DNA of 64,000 nucleotides, taken from contig OZ243917.1 of the NCBI GenBank assembly GCA_965213815.1, forward strand, positions 3,609,150 to 3,673,149, given 5' to 3'. This stretch comes from Alphaproteobacteria bacterium. Lineage in GTDB: Bacteria; Pseudomonadota; Alphaproteobacteria; SP197. Below, one piece after another: positions 29,826 to 41,222 of the stretch. Numbering within the stretch: the stretch's first letter is position 1; the number at the start of each line of letters is the position of its first letter. The notes beneath the pieces were generated by a model. The model made no database searches. It was not told the origin of the DNA and saw only the letters and a list, made by a program, of their open reading frames with translations. Both the position numbers and the translations under genes were made by a program.

Positions 29826-30823
29826 CACCGGCTCCCGCTGCCGCCCAGGCGGATGCGTGGATCGAGCAGCGCCAGCAGCAGATCGGAGACCAGCACCCCG
29901 AGGACGGTGAGCAGGGCCAGGCACATCAGGAACGAGCCAGCGAGATACATGTCCTGGGTCTGCAGGGCGCGCAGCAGGATCGGTCCGGTGGTGGGGAGCG
30001 ACAGCACCACCGACACGATCACCGCGCCGGAGATGACCTGGGGAAGCAGATTGCCGATATCGGCGATGAACGGATTGAGGGCCATGCGCAGCGGATAGCG
30101 CACGAGCACTCTCACCGGATGCAGGCCCTTCGCCTTCGCCGTGACGACGTATTGTCTGTGGAGTTCGTCCAGCAGATTGGCGCGCAGGCGGCGGATCATG
30201 CCCGCCGTGCCGGACGTGCCGATCACCACCACCGGAATCCACAGGTGTTCCAGAATCGAGAGGAGTTTTCCCCAGGTCCAGGGCTGATCGATGTACACGG
30301 GATCCATGAGGCCGCCAATCGACGTCCCGAACCACACATTCCCGAGAAACAGCAGCACCAGGGCGAGAAGGAAGTTGGGCGTGGCCAGGCCCAGAAAGCC
30401 GAGAAAGGTGAGTCCGTGATCACCCCAGGAATACTGGTGGGTTGCCGAGTAGACACCGATGGAAAAGGCGACGACCCAGGTGAAGATGATGGTCGCGCCC
30501 GAGACAATGATGGTGAGCCACAGGCTTTCGCCTATGACCTCGGCCACCGGCTTGTTGTATTCGAAGCTGATTCCCATATCGCCCTGGACAAGGTCGGCGA
30601 CCCAGATCACGTATTGCTGCCACATGGGCCGGTCGAGGCCGAATTCCTGGCGGTAGATGCCGATCTGCTCCATGCAGCCCGATTCACCCTGGGCCTCGCA
30701 TTCGGCAATCATGGTCGACAGGAAGTCGCCCGGCGGAAGCTGGATGATGATGAACGTGATGAGGCTGATGCCGATCAGTGTCGGCACCATGATGATGAGC
30801 CGGTGGACGGTGAAGGCGATCAT
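29825..30823 (-). CDS. Opp/Dpp-type ABC permease (OppB-like)
   Basis: MIAFTVHRL, PPGD, YVVTAKAKGL, LLDPRIR; start re-set to 30823. Confidence 0.9.
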   Translation of the reverse strand: MIAFTVHRLIIMVPTLIGISLITFIIIQLPPGDFLSTMIAECEAQGESGCMEQIGIYRQEFGLDRPMWQQYVIWVADLVQGDMGISFEYNKPVAEVIGESLWLTIIVSGATIIFTWVVAFSIGVYSATHQYSWGDHGLTFLGFLGLATPNFLLALVLLFLGNVWFGTSIGGLMDPVYIDQPWTWGKLLSILEHLWIPVVVIGTSGTAGMIRRLRANLLDELHRQYVVTAKAKGLHPVRVLVRYPLRMALNPFIADIGNLLPQVISGAVIVSVVLSLPTTGPILLRALQTQDMYLAGSFLMCLALLTVLGVLVSDLLLALLDPRIRLGGSGSR

Positions 30824-32706
30824 GGCCGGCCGTCGTCGCCATCGACGAAGAAGAACGTGTCGGGCTGCCACACCCCGAGCTGGGCTCCGGGATCCCAGTT
30901 GTAGATGGCTTCTTCCGGCACATTCCTCATCCGGTTCGAGACCGCAAGGGGCTGGAGAATGCCGGCTACAAGGCCGATGGAATAGACGCCGTCGCAATAG
31001 AGCTCCAGCATCTCTTCCCAGATGACCCGGCGCTCGTCAGCCGTCCGGCTGTCGCGCCAGGCGAGGTAGAGATCCATGAGGCGACGGGGCGTTTCCATGT
31101 CAATGGGCTCTCCGGCGGCGCCACCGGTCTCGTGGTACTGACCCCACCGCGGCCACATCAGCAGCTGCTGGGTGGTGGGGGCGAACTCGCCGGGGCTCAT
31201 GTCGGCCGCAGGTACGCCGTTCTCGTTGCCGAACCACATGGCCATCACCGTCTGTCCGGCGAATATTCGGTTGCGCAGGACCTCGCGCTGCAGGGGCTTG
31301 GGGTAGAGCTTGATTCCGGCCGTGGCCCAGGAATCGTGGATCAGTTCGAGTATGTCGGTCTCTTCGGGGTTCTCACCGGCGGTCTCGACAATGACTTCCA
31401 GGGGTCTGCCGTCGGGAAGCAGGCGTATGCCGTCATCGATGACAAGTCCCATGTCGTCGAGCAGCCGGTTGGCCTCCTCAGGATCGAACCGGGCCCAGGC
31501 ATCGCGGAATTCGGCGCGGTAGAGGGGCGATGCCGGAAGAACGGTGTTCTGCCCTTCAAGGCCGAGACCGAAGTAGATGACCTGGTTGATCTCCCGGCGA
31601 TTGATGGCCAGCGAAAGGGCCTGCCTGAAGCGGCGGTCGCGCAACACCGTGCGCCAAACCGGATCGGCCACGTTGAGATTGGGGTAGAGGGCAAGCTGGC
31701 TTCCTCTGGCCGTCTGCCACAGACGCACCTGGTAGTCGTTGTGTTCCTCCCCTTCCTTGAGAAAGGTGTAGTCGTTGAAGGCCAGTCCCCGCACCTGAAG
31801 GTCGGCTTCCCCCGCCCACGTCTTGAGCGGGATGAGCTTGCTGTCGACAACGGTCATGACGACGCGGTCGATGTAGGGGAGTTGCCGGCCCAGGGCGTCC
31901 ACCTTGTGATAGAAGGGATTGCGCTCGGCGATGAACCGCTGGGCCGGCGCCTCGTTGGTGATGATCCATGGCTGCAGCGTGGGAAGATCGGGATTGTCAA
32001 AGCGATAGAGATTGTCGAGGGCGTTGTGGAGCGATGCCCAGCCGGGCTTGCCGGCCTCGGCGGCCTGACGCGCAATCGCTTCCGCATCGCCATGATCTGC
32101 ATGGAACCGCTTCATGTAGTGGGCAGGGCGATAGATGAAGAGAGGCGCCGCGCCGGCCAGAGCCGGCAGGAAATCGGGGTTGGGCGCGGGCCAAGTGTAG
32201 CGCACGACCATGTCGCTGACGACTTCGAAGAGCGGCAGGGCACCGCCGGCGCGCATGACCGTGGGCGGGCCTGACGGGGAGAGTTCCGGGTTACCCGCGA
32301 CATCCTCCCACCAGTAGCGAAAGTCCTCGGAGGTCAGGGGATGGCCATCCGACCATCGGTGGCCGCGCCGCAACCGGAAGGTGAAGGTGCGCCCGTCCTC
32401 GACGGTGAAGGACTCGAGGAGGTCGGGCACCAGGGCGAAGGTCTCGTCATATCCGACCAGCCGGGCGTAACCGAAGACAGCAAGGATCCGCGTATCCTTG
32501 CTGCGGCTGATCAGCATGTTCCAGTCACCGCCGTAATCGCCGGTGGCCCGGCCATCATCGACGACGAGAGGTTCGTTGGGCAGGCGCTCGTGAAGGGGCG
32601 GCAGATCACCGGCAGCGACCCGTTCCGCGAGCCACGGCATCTCCGCCGCGAGGGCCGGCATGGCAAGAAATGCCACAAGGAGTGCCACGGCGACGCGCCC
32701 GCTCAT
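30820..32706 (-). CDS. family 5 ABC substrate-binding protein
   Basis: Signal peptide, LPPLHERLP, YGG, WSDGHPLTSEDF, RNPFYHKVD; resembles the oligosaccharide-binding subgroup. Confidence 0.88.
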   Translation of the reverse strand: MSGRVAVALLVAFLAMPALAAEMPWLAERVAAGDLPPLHERLPNEPLVVDDGRATGDYGGDWNMLISRSKDTRILAVFGYARLVGYDETFALVPDLLESFTVEDGRTFTFRLRRGHRWSDGHPLTSEDFRYWWEDVAGNPELSPSGPPTVMRAGGALPLFEVVSDMVVRYTWPAPNPDFLPALAGAAPLFIYRPAHYMKRFHADHGDAEAIARQAAEAGKPGWASLHNALDNLYRFDNPDLPTLQPWIITNEAPAQRFIAERNPFYHKVDALGRQLPYIDRVVMTVVDSKLIPLKTWAGEADLQVRGLAFNDYTFLKEGEEHNDYQVRLWQTARGSQLALYPNLNVADPVWRTVLRDRRFRQALSLAINRREINQVIYFGLGLEGQNTVLPASPLYRAEFRDAWARFDPEEANRLLDDMGLVIDDGIRLLPDGRPLEVIVETAGENPEETDILELIHDSWATAGIKLYPKPLQREVLRNRIFAGQTVMAMWFGNENGVPAADMSPGEFAPTTQQLLMWPRWGQYHETGGAAGEPIDMETPRRLMDLYLAWRDSRTADERRVIWEEMLELYCDGVYSIGLVAGILQPLAVSNRMRNVPEEAIYNWDPGAQLGVWQPDTFFFVDGDDGRP

Positions 32707-34571
32707 GACACGACGTCCCCCGGAGCGGCCGTGGCCCGCACCCAGTGATTGTCACCGACCCGCACCGTGTCAAGTCCACCGGTCTCCGTAAAGGGTTCGG
32801 GCCATTCGGACGGGACGGAGGCTCGGCCCTCCATGAGCAGCGACAGATCAAGCCGGCGTTGCGGGTCGGGCTCCGGGACAGCGGCAAGCAGGGCCCTGGT
32901 GTAGGGGTGCACCGGATTGCTGAAGAGTTCCTCGCGGCGGGCCTGCTCGACGAGGCGCCCGGCGCACATGACGGCAATGCGGTCAGCCATGTAGTCGACC
33001 ACGGCGAGATTGTGCGAGATGAAGACGTAGGTGAGACCCAGCTGATGCTGCAGGTCCTTCAGCAGGTTGAGAACCTGCGCCTGGATCGATACGTCGAGAG
33101 CCGAGACCGGTTCATCGCAGATCAGCAGTTCCGGTTCGAGGGCAAGGGCCCGGGCGATGCCGATGCGCTGGCGTTGGCCGCCGGAGAAACTGTGCGGATA
33201 GCGGCGCAAGTGACGGACATCGAGACCCACGACATTGATGAGGTCCTTGACCCTGTCGGCGCGCTCTTCGGCGCTGCCCACTCCGTGAATCAGCAACGGT
33301 TCGACGATGATGTCGAACACGGTCATGCGCGGATTGAGCGATCCGAAGGGATCCTGGAAGATGAACTGCACTTTCCTGCGGTAGGCGAAGAGATCCGTGT
33401 CCTTCAGGGCCACCACATCGCGTGGCACGCTGTCGTCTACGAAGGTGATGGTTCCAGCATCGGGTTCCAGGGCCTTGAGGATCAGCTTGCTCGTCGTGGT
33501 CTTGCCACATCCCGATTCGCCGACCAGACCAAGACACTCGCCACGTCGCACCTCGAAGCTGACATCGTTGACGGCAACATGGGGTGGCCTGGCGCGCAAC
33601 AGCACGCCGGACTTGCGGGTGGTGAAGGTCTTTGTCAGTCCCTCGACCGAAAGCAGTGTTTCACCGGTTCCGCGACGGGCCTCCGCGCGGCCCATGGCGG
33701 CAATATTGCCCGTCGGTATCTCGCGCAACGGAACCAGCCGCTCCCCGGGTTTCAGACCGAAACGTGGCACGGCCGCCAGCAGGCCCTTGAGATAGGGGTG
33801 GCGGGCCCGATGGAAGATGTCATCGAGGGAGCCCCGCTCCATGATCCTGCCGTGGTACATGACGACGATGTCCTCGGCGACGTTGGCGACAACACCGAGA
33901 TCATGGGTGATCATCAGCACGGCCATGGACAGTTCGGCCTTGAGGTCGTTCACCAGTTTGAGGATCTGAGCCTGGATGGTGACATCAAGAGCGGTGGTGG
34001 GTTCATCGGCAATCAGCAAGGCCGGACGGCAGACCAGCGCCATGGCGATCATGGCGCGCTGGCGCAGGCCGCCGGAGAGTTCGAATGGATAGCTGTCGAA
34101 GGCGGCGCGGGCATCCGGAAACCCGGCGAGACGCAGCATGTCGACGGAAAGTTCACGGCCTTCGGCCCTTGAACAGCGGCGGTGGAGGTGGAGAGCCTCG
34201 CTGACCTGATCGCCCACCGTGTGCAACGGCGACAGGGATGTCATGGGTTCCTGGAAGATCACCGATATGCGCCCACCCCGGATGGCCCTCATCGCCCGGC
34301 CGTTCTCCTCGAGAGAGACGATGTCGACCGGCGTTTCCTCGCGATTGCGCGGATCGTTGAACAGGATGCGGCCCGACGTAATCTCGGCTGTGCGCGGCAG
34401 AATGCGCATGATCGCCTGGGAAATCACGGTCTTGCCCGAGCCCGATTCGCCCACCAGTGCGAGGGTGCGCGCCGGCCACATGGTCAGCGACGCTCCCTTG
34501 ACAGCCTCGACGGCGCCATCGCCGATGCGAAAGCGGATGTGGAGATCCCTGACATCGACGAGGGGAGTCAT
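32703..34571 (-). CDS. fused double-NBD ABC ATPase (OppDF-like)
   Basis: [16 protein letters not shown] and [16 protein letters not shown]. Confidence 0.92.
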   Translation of the reverse strand: MTPLVDVRDLHIRFRIGDGAVEAVKGASLTMWPARTLALVGESGSGKTVISQAIMRILPRTAEITSGRILFNDPRNREETPVDIVSLEENGRAMRAIRGGRISVIFQEPMTSLSPLHTVGDQVSEALHLHRRCSRAEGRELSVDMLRLAGFPDARAAFDSYPFELSGGLRQRAMIAMALVCRPALLIADEPTTALDVTIQAQILKLVNDLKAELSMAVLMITHDLGVVANVAEDIVVMYHGRIMERGSLDDIFHRARHPYLKGLLAAVPRFGLKPGERLVPLREIPTGNIAAMGRAEARRGTGETLLSVEGLTKTFTTRKSGVLLRARPPHVAVNDVSFEVRRGECLGLVGESGCGKTTTSKLILKALEPDAGTITFVDDSVPRDVVALKDTDLFAYRRKVQFIFQDPFGSLNPRMTVFDIIVEPLLIHGVGSAEERADRVKDLINVVGLDVRHLRRYPHSFSGGQRQRIGIARALALEPELLICDEPVSALDVSIQAQVLNLLKDLQHQLGLTYVFISHNLAVVDYMADRIAVMCAGRLVEQARREELFSNPVHPYTRALLAAVPEPDPQRRLDLSLLMEGRASVPSEWPEPFTETGGLDTVRVGDNHWVRATAAPGDVVS

Positions 34572-35101
34572 GACGAAGCCTCCCCCGGATCTTCCGAGGG
34601 GTGGGTGAATCCCATGGCGGCCAGGTTGGCAAGCGTGACCGGATTCAGCGTCAATCCGCGTTTCCGGGCGATCCGGGCAGCCTCGCCGACGATATCGTCG
34701 AATCCTTCAAGGGAGGAGTCGACCCTGATGGCCCGGCGCCCCTCGCGAAGGGTGAGTTCCATCCACCCCCCCGGGGAGCGTGCGATGATCTTCCGCCTCG
34801 GGCGGGTCTGGAAGTAGGCGAGATTGATGGCTGTCAGTCCCTTCCAGGAGACCGTGACGCCCAGCGGCCCGGTGGCTCTCACCCCTTCCCGAGAGAGTTC
34901 ATAGTGCGTCAGGTGGCGCAGCAGGGTTCTCAGGCCAAAGGCCACGAACAGCGTGCCCACAGCCACCAGAATCCACGCCAGCACGGCAGCCACATCCACG
35001 AGCACCGGCGGCGCGAGACACGCCACCGCACCGAACGCCGCGCGTGCGTAGTCGGCTGCGATGCTCCGGGTGTCATAGCGCAGGACCCCGGGCGTCTTCA
35101 T
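34568..35101 (-). CDS. hypothetical 2-TM membrane protein with a PH-like cytoplasmic domain
   Basis: Two TM helices; 4-bp overlaps with both neighbours. Confidence 0.65.
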   Translation of the reverse strand: MKTPGVLRYDTRSIAADYARAAFGAVACLAPPVLVDVAAVLAWILVAVGTLFVAFGLRTLLRHLTHYELSREGVRATGPLGVTVSWKGLTAINLAYFQTRPRRKIIARSPGGWMELTLREGRRAIRVDSSLEGFDDIVGEAARIARKRGLTLNPVTLANLAAMGFTHPSEDPGEASS

Positions 35102-35874
35102 GGATCCTCTCGCCCTGTGACGCCGAACACCTTGCCGGCAGAAAGCCAGCGGCCTGCCGGGTGCCGCGCAACGGTATGGACGAACCGGTCGATGAAGGCG
35201 TGGCAGGCCGCGTCATGGACGAGGTGGTGGGTCATCAGTCCGGTGGCCTCCGACGGGTCCGCGACACCGCGACGGCGGTTGGCAAGATGTCGCACCGATG
35301 CCTCCAGGCAGACCTCCTCGCCGGCAAACCGCCTTCCACCCTTCCAGTCGACGATATCGATGTGAACGTTGTTGACGACCAGACCGCGCCTCCCCGCGGC
35401 GCACCGTGGACCGAGTGTCGAGAGACCAAGAAATCCGCTCCGGGCAAGGATGGAGAGAACCGCGTCGTCGATCCTGTTCCACGGGGGCACCATGACCTCG
35501 ATCAAGGACGACGGGAAGGATGTGCGAAGCACGTGGCGCGACCGTATCAGGGCTTGCCGGAGACCGGAAGGCAGGGCCCCGGCACAGAGTTCCATTCGTC
35601 GTCCCCTGCCCCCGTTGTGATCGACATGGGCAACACCGTGCTGCAACACATGGATGTCTTTGGTTCCGGAGACGAGCGCCGTGACGTCGGGCGTCAACCA
35701 GTCCGGCACGACGGCCATGGCAAGAGGCACTCCAAGACTCTGTCTCAAACGGAGAAGTTCCTTCAGTTTCACGGCATCGGCGCCGGCATCGTCGTCACGC
35801 CACCAGAAGGTCGCCGTCTGCCCCGAGCGCGCCCACGCGTCGAGTTCCCCCGCCAGTGCCGACCAGTCAGCCAT
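35098..35874 (-). CDS. polysaccharide deacetylase-like protein
   Basis: FWWRDDDA, LQHGVAH, VPPWNR, GLMTHH; start re-set to 35874. Confidence 0.78.
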   Translation of the reverse strand: MADWSALAGELDAWARSGQTATFWWRDDDAGADAVKLKELLRLRQSLGVPLAMAVVPDWLTPDVTALVSGTKDIHVLQHGVAHVDHNGGRGRRMELCAGALPSGLRQALIRSRHVLRTSFPSSLIEVMVPPWNRIDDAVLSILARSGFLGLSTLGPRCAAGRRGLVVNNVHIDIVDWKGGRRFAGEEVCLEASVRHLANRRRGVADPSEATGLMTHHLVHDAACHAFIDRFVHTVARHPAGRWLSAGKVFGVTGREDP

Positions 35875-37000
35875 GGCGCAGCCACTCACCGACAAGCCTG
35901 GCACTCTCGCGGGCCCCGTCGAGGTTGATGTCTTCCATGTCCACGGGCTCGAGGTCGAAGGCTTCATCGACAGCCTTCGCCACGCCTCTCGGGGTCAGCG
36001 CCGTATCATCGAGAACCACGGCAAGCCGTCGCCGCTGCAGCTGCCTCGCGCGGTCACTCTGCTCGGTTTCGCCGGCCCCCGACCATGGCGCCACAACGGC
36101 CCGGGCGCCGGCTCCGAGGACTTCCGCCACCGTGTTGTAGCCGCCCTGCGATACCGAGACGGCACAGCGGCCGAGAAGCTCTGTAAAGTCGGACCGGTTG
36201 GATTCGATAACCATCCCCTGATGCTCGCATGGAGCGACGCCGCTGTCGCCGACGAGCAGACGCCATCGTCTGCGGTTCGCCCTTCGCGAGTAGGGAGGCG
36301 CCGCCATGGCTGCCTCGAAGAGCGCTTTTCCGACGGCCCCGCCACCGGCCGACACGATGATTTCCCCGCGTCCGGGACCGCGGTCACTGACGGCCGGCGG
36401 CACCTCGGCAACATAGCCCGTGTAGACAAGCCGGTGACCCAGGGCATCGGCATGGCGGAAGGTTTCCCCGAACGGCACGAAACTCTCGGATCCGTGCACC
36501 ATCACGTGATGGCAGTGCTGCAGCGCCAGATCGCGCATCGCGTCGTGGCGGCCGGACCTGGCGGGCCTTTGGAGAATGTCGCGTACCGAACTGACCACCA
36601 CCGTGTCGGGGCGAACGCGACGGGAGGCAGCGATCAGCGCCAGCACTTCCGGCGTGAACTGGCGCCGGCCAAACGGCCAGGTCTCGATCACCACAAGTCG
36701 CGCTTCAAGGCGGCCGACCAGGTCTTCGAGACGTCGGCGGCGATCATCGAGGCAGGCCGCATCCGCCGGCCGCCCGGCGTTGTCCACCAGCGACGAGAAT
36801 CCCACATCACTGGCGCGCAGCGCAGGCAGCTGGACGAGACGGGCCTTTCCCGTATCGAGAGTTGCCACAGGCATGCCTCCCGATGCGATCACCGATGTCG
36901 TGCCGTTTCCGGCCAGCGCCGATGCGATGCGCGCCACCCGCTTGAGATGGCCGCTTCCCAGAAGATGCTGAACCCAGAAGAGAACGGGTCCGTTCATCAT
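35867..37000 (-). CDS. GT-B glycosyltransferase (GT28 C-terminal-like)
   Basis: VQHLLGSGH, SAGGGAVG, SQGGYNT. Confidence 0.85.
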   Translation of the reverse strand: MMNGPVLFWVQHLLGSGHLKRVARIASALAGNGTTSVIASGGMPVATLDTGKARLVQLPALRASDVGFSSLVDNAGRPADAACLDDRRRRLEDLVGRLEARLVVIETWPFGRRQFTPEVLALIAASRRVRPDTVVVSSVRDILQRPARSGRHDAMRDLALQHCHHVMVHGSESFVPFGETFRHADALGHRLVYTGYVAEVPPAVSDRGPGRGEIIVSAGGGAVGKALFEAAMAAPPYSRRANRRRWRLLVGDSGVAPCEHQGMVIESNRSDFTELLGRCAVSVSQGGYNTVAEVLGAGARAVVAPWSGAGETEQSDRARQLQRRRLAVVLDDTALTPRGVAKAVDEAFDLEPVDMEDINLDGARESARLVGEWLRHG

Positions 37001-37587
37001 GCCCCTCCCAGCTCGATGACAAGGGGATCGTCGGGAGACAGTGTCGCGTTCTCGCCCACAGTCAGCATCAGCAGTCCATATCGCGGCATCCTGACCGGCG
37101 GTGCGCCGGTGAAATCCCAGCCGGTGGTCGCCGAGAGAGCAGCGCGCATGACGCCGCGGTGTGTCACGGCGAGCGTGTCGCGGCCATCGGCCGCAAGGTC
37201 GCGGACAAGTTCGAGGAAACGGCAGCGGACCTCCCGGGGGCTTTCGCCATCAGGGGGGCGAAAGTCGAGACCCGCTGCCTCGTTGGTGGCCATGGCCGAA
37301 GGATCGGCATGGCGCAGACTGTCGAGTGTCTTGCCCTCCCAGTGCCCCCAGTCCATTTCGCGCAGCCGCGGGTCGACTGCCGGATCCCGCAAACCTGCCA
37401 GAGCAGCCGTTTCCAGCGCTCTCAGCAGGGGACTCGAGAGCCGCCGCCAGCCGTAGAGGCGATCGGGCAACCGCCAGGCCCTGGCCGCGGCCCTGCCTGC
37501 CCTCGAGAGGTGGGTGTCGCTCAGACCCTGGAGTCGGCCCGCCGCGTTCCACGTGGTTGGCGCATGTCTCAGGAGGGCGAGTTTCAC
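36997..37587 (-). CDS. histidine phosphatase family protein
   Basis: LRHAPTTWN, SSPLLRA, LREMDWG, VTHRG. Confidence 0.88.
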   Translation of the reverse strand: MKLALLRHAPTTWNAAGRLQGLSDTHLSRAGRAAARAWRLPDRLYGWRRLSSPLLRALETAALAGLRDPAVDPRLREMDWGHWEGKTLDSLRHADPSAMATNEAAGLDFRPPDGESPREVRCRFLELVRDLAADGRDTLAVTHRGVMRAALSATTGWDFTGAPPVRMPRYGLLMLTVGENATLSPDDPLVIELGGA

Positions 37588-38687
37588 GGCCGCATCTCCA
37601 GAACCCGGGCGAGGATGCGCCGGGCAGTGTCCACCGAATGGTGCCGAAGGACATGGCGTCGTCCGGCTTCCCCCATGGAGCGGCGCAGAGCGGGATCGTC
37701 GAGCAGACGGGAGACGGCCTCCGCCAGTGATGCCGCATCCCCTGCCGGCGCCAGAAGACCGGTCACGCCATGGTTGACGATGTCGCGAACCCCCGGCACA
37801 TCACCGGCGGCCACCGGGCATCCGCAGGCCTGGGAGAGAAGAATCGCCATGCCGTAGGCCTCGTTGATGGCGGGCCAGATGAAGAGGTCGCATCCCGCCA
37901 TGATCCGGCGGATCGACTCCTCGCCGCGAATCCCGGCAAAGACGGCGCGGCCGGCAAGGAGGTGTTCGACCTCACCCCGCGACGGACCATCGCCGATGAC
38001 GAGGAACTGCATGTCCCCGCGGTCCAGCCTGGTGAGGGTCCGGGACAGGACCCGGTAGGATTCGAGCTTGTCGCCAGGGCGCATCATGGCCACGGTCAGG
38101 GCGATGGCCCGCTGCCCGTCAAGACCGAAGTTCCTGACAAGGGCGCGGCGTGCCGCCTTCCTCCCGGTGAAGACGTCGGTGGCGTCAACGAAGGGGGGCA
38201 GGCGCACGATCTTGCGGCGTGGCAGACCGGCGGCAAGGAGACCCCGTTCGTCCCTCGCCGTCATGGCCAGCAGGACATCGGCACGCTCCATGGCTGCGCG
38301 GGCATGAGCCCAGGGGCGGCGCCACCGGCCGTTTGCCCGGGCAGGGGATATCGACGGTTCGGCGACGACATAGGGAATCGCGAGGGCATCGCAGATGGTG
38401 GGCCCGAGATGATCCGGCGCCTTGTGATAGAGATGATAGGTAAACCACACGTGCGGCGGATGGTCCTGCAGGCAGGCAAGAAGACGGCCCCTCTCCCGGA
38501 CCGCCGCGTCAAGGATCGCTTCCTGACGTTCCTCGTTACCGGCCTCCCACGTGCGCAGCGTCGAGGCAACCTCGACGTCGTGTCCAAGCTCCCCGAGAAG
38601 GCGCAGGAACTGGCGCGCCATCGTTCGATCACCCGAGGGCTGTTCATGGTCCGGCGCCTTCATGGGCGCATAGAAGGCTATTCGCAT
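37584..38687 (-). CDS. glycosyltransferase family 4
   Basis: FYAPMKAPDH..PSGDR, EAYGMAILLSQA. Confidence 0.87.
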   Translation of the reverse strand: MRIAFYAPMKAPDHEQPSGDRTMARQFLRLLGELGHDVEVASTLRTWEAGNEERQEAILDAAVRERGRLLACLQDHPPHVWFTYHLYHKAPDHLGPTICDALAIPYVVAEPSISPARANGRWRRPWAHARAAMERADVLLAMTARDERGLLAAGLPRRKIVRLPPFVDATDVFTGRKAARRALVRNFGLDGQRAIALTVAMMRPGDKLESYRVLSRTLTRLDRGDMQFLVIGDGPSRGEVEHLLAGRAVFAGIRGEESIRRIMAGCDLFIWPAINEAYGMAILLSQACGCPVAAGDVPGVRDIVNHGVTGLLAPAGDAASLAEAVSRLLDDPALRRSMGEAGRRHVLRHHSVDTARRILARVLEMRP

Positions 38688-39916
38688 GCCACCCCGTTCG
38701 ATGCGAAGAGAGTGAGAAGCCTGTCAATACCGCTCTCCATGGAAAATTCGGCTCTCACGCGGTCTTCCCCGTGGCGTCCCATGCGATCACGAAGTCCGGG
38801 ATTGCGGACAAGGTGGCACAGCCCGGAGGCCAGCGCCGGAGCATCGCCCGGGGCAACCAGGCAGCCGTTGTCACCGTCGCTCACCAGTTCACCGACCGCC
38901 GAAACATCTGTGGTAACCACCGCCAGGGCCTGGCTCTGCGCCTCGAGGAGAACGTTGGGAAGTCCGTCACGGTCCCCGTCACGGGCAATGACGGGTGCCA
39001 GGACGAAGAGGTCGGCATTCTGGAGAATGTCCAGGATCTCGTCCTGACGTCTGGCGCCCAGCCACGTGATTCGCCGGTCCAGTCCCGATCGGCCCGCCGT
39101 GTCGATGAGGGCCGGGAGCAGCGGTCCATCGCCAACATGGGTGAGGTGCCAGTGGAGATCGTCAGGCAGCAGGGCCAGTGCGGCAAGAAGCGTGTCGTAC
39201 CCCTTCTTTTCGACGGCCCGCCCCACCGTGACAAGGCGCACGGGATCATCGGGATTACCGCCGTCACGGTGAGACGGGGAACGAACCGGTGATGGCCAAC
39301 GCGCCTGATCGATTCCGTGATAGACGAGAAAGACGCGTCGTTGCGGGACCAGCGCCTCGAGCCAGTCACGGTTCGTTGCAGTACAGGTCACAAGCCAGCA
39401 GCATCCGGATATCTTGTCCGCCAGATCACGACGGGGTGTGGTGTAGATATCCCTCGCGTGAGCCGACGCCGACCATGGCAGTCCGGTCATCATCGCCGCA
39501 TAGCGGGTCACCGATGCCGGGGTGTGAAGAAAATGGGCATGAAGATGGTTCACGGCGGGTGCGATCTCCGTGGCGACCACGCAGGCCTGGCCAAAGCGCC
39601 GCACCCTGTTGCGGGTCGGGTCCCGCCAGAGATCGGCAAGCCAGTGTCGCCTCGCGCAGGCATATCCGGGGAGTTTCCGGGCCCGCCGCCAGGCCCACCA
39701 GGTTCGCGCCGGTTCCTCGTGAAGATACTCCGGAAGCCAGGTAACCGGCGCCCGCACGGCATCGTGAATCGCGTGGCGGTCCGTCGTTGTCGGATGGCGC
39801 AGGGAGACAATCCGGATGTCGAGCCCGCGCTGCTCGAGGGCCAGGATCTCCTGGGCGATGAAGGTCTCCGAGAGTCGGGGCCAACCCTTGACCACGATGG
39901 CAATGGTGCCGGTCAC
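38678..39916 (-). CDS. glycosyltransferase family 4 (WcaL-like)
   Basis: KGWPRLSETFI, HAHFLH, GRAVEKKG, DGLPNVLLEA. Confidence 0.88.
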   Translation of the reverse strand: MTGTIAIVVKGWPRLSETFIAQEILALEQRGLDIRIVSLRHPTTTDRHAIHDAVRAPVTWLPEYLHEEPARTWWAWRRARKLPGYACARRHWLADLWRDPTRNRVRRFGQACVVATEIAPAVNHLHAHFLHTPASVTRYAAMMTGLPWSASAHARDIYTTPRRDLADKISGCCWLVTCTATNRDWLEALVPQRRVFLVYHGIDQARWPSPVRSPSHRDGGNPDDPVRLVTVGRAVEKKGYDTLLAALALLPDDLHWHLTHVGDGPLLPALIDTAGRSGLDRRITWLGARRQDEILDILQNADLFVLAPVIARDGDRDGLPNVLLEAQSQALAVVTTDVSAVGELVSDGDNGCLVAPGDAPALASGLCHLVRNPGLRDRMGRHGEDRVRAEFSMESGIDRLLTLFASNGVACE

Positions 39917-40007
39917 GCGTCAGTGGCACCCGGCAGGATCGCCGGTATCAGGCGCAACCCTGGCGCAGTAGTCTGTCCGGGATACCGGACATCTGGACCG
40001 TTCCGTC

Positions 40008-41222
40008 ATGAACAGCAGTTCCCCCTCGTCGCCCGGGACCATTCCCGGACGGCGCGCCATGATACGCAATCTCGTCCTGCTGTTCGCCGGCAATGCCGTG
40101 CTGGGTGCCCAGATGCCCATGCTCATCATCATGGGGGGGCTTGCCGGGGCCTACGTGGCGCCGGTGCCAAGTCTCGCCACCTTTACCATCTCCCTGCAAA
40201 TGCTGAGCGCCATGGTCACGGCCACCCCTGTGTCCCTGCTCATGGGACGTTTCGGACGCCGCGCCGGGTTTCTTGGCGGCGCTGCATGCGCCATGGCGGG
40301 AGGCTGGCTGGGCGCGGTGGCGCTCTTCGAAAGGGACTTCATCTACCTGTGCCTCGCTCACGTGTGCTTTGGCGCCATGCAGAGCAGCCTGTGGTTCTTC
40401 CGTTTCGCCGCCGCCGATGCCGTCCACGGTCCCTGGAAACCCCGGGCCATCGCCATCATCACCGGTTCGGGGCTGATCGCCGCGCTGCTCGGCCCGGAAA
40501 TCCTGATCCATACCCGGGATCACTTTTTCCCCGTGCCCTTTGCCGGCGCCTATGCGGTCATCGTGGTCATCTGCCTTGTCGGGTGTCTTCCGGTGGCCTT
40601 TCTCGATCTTGCGAAACCGCCGCCGCGTTCACGGACGACAGCCCAGCCACTGGGCCGGATTCTTGGCAGCCCGCCGGTGCTGACCGCCATTGTCTGCGCC
40701 GGCGCCGCCCATGCGATGATGGTGTTCGTGATGACGCCCACCGCCATCGCGATGGCCGATTGCGGGCTGTCGACCGATCAATCCGCCGACGTGGTGCGCT
40801 GGCACGTCGTCGCCATGTTTGGCCCGAGCTTCTTCACCGGATCGCTGATCGCACGCTGGGGATCGCGGCGCGTCATCGCCATCGGTCTTGCCCTGCTGGC
40901 GGCGGCCGCCCTGGTCGCGTGGTCGGGTGTTGCTCTGGAGAACTTCTATCTTGCCCTTGTCCTGCTCGGGGTCGGCTGGAACTTCGGCTTCATCGGGTCA
41001 ACAAGCCTGCTCGCCGAACATGTCCGGCCCGAGGATCAGTCGAGGGTCCAGGGACTCAACGAGACGTTCATCGCACTCGGGGCCACCGTGGCGTCCTTTG
41101 CCTCGGGCGCGCTGACCGTAACCCTGGGCTGGTCGACGTTCATCCTCACCTCGATACCTCTCTTTCTCATTCCGGCGCTTTGGCTCGCGCGCAGCGCGTT
41201 CGCGCACCGCCATGCCGGCTGA
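40008..41222 (+). CDS. MFS transporter, antisense within the glycosyltransferase locus
   Basis: MGRFGRRAGF, FRFAAAD, WHVVAMFGPSFFTG; 12-TM pattern. Confidence 0.85.
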   Translation: MNSSSPSSPGTIPGRRAMIRNLVLLFAGNAVLGAQMPMLIIMGGLAGAYVAPVPSLATFTISLQMLSAMVTATPVSLLMGRFGRRAGFLGGAACAMAGGWLGAVALFERDFIYLCLAHVCFGAMQSSLWFFRFAAADAVHGPWKPRAIAIITGSGLIAALLGPEILIHTRDHFFPVPFAGAYAVIVVICLVGCLPVAFLDLAKPPPRSRTTAQPLGRILGSPPVLTAIVCAGAAHAMMVFVMTPTAIAMADCGLSTDQSADVVRWHVVAMFGPSFFTGSLIARWGSRRVIAIGLALLAAAALVAWSGVALENFYLALVLLGVGWNFGFIGSTSLLAEHVRPEDQSRVQGLNETFIALGATVASFASGALTVTLGWSTFILTSIPLFLIPALWLARSAFAHRHAG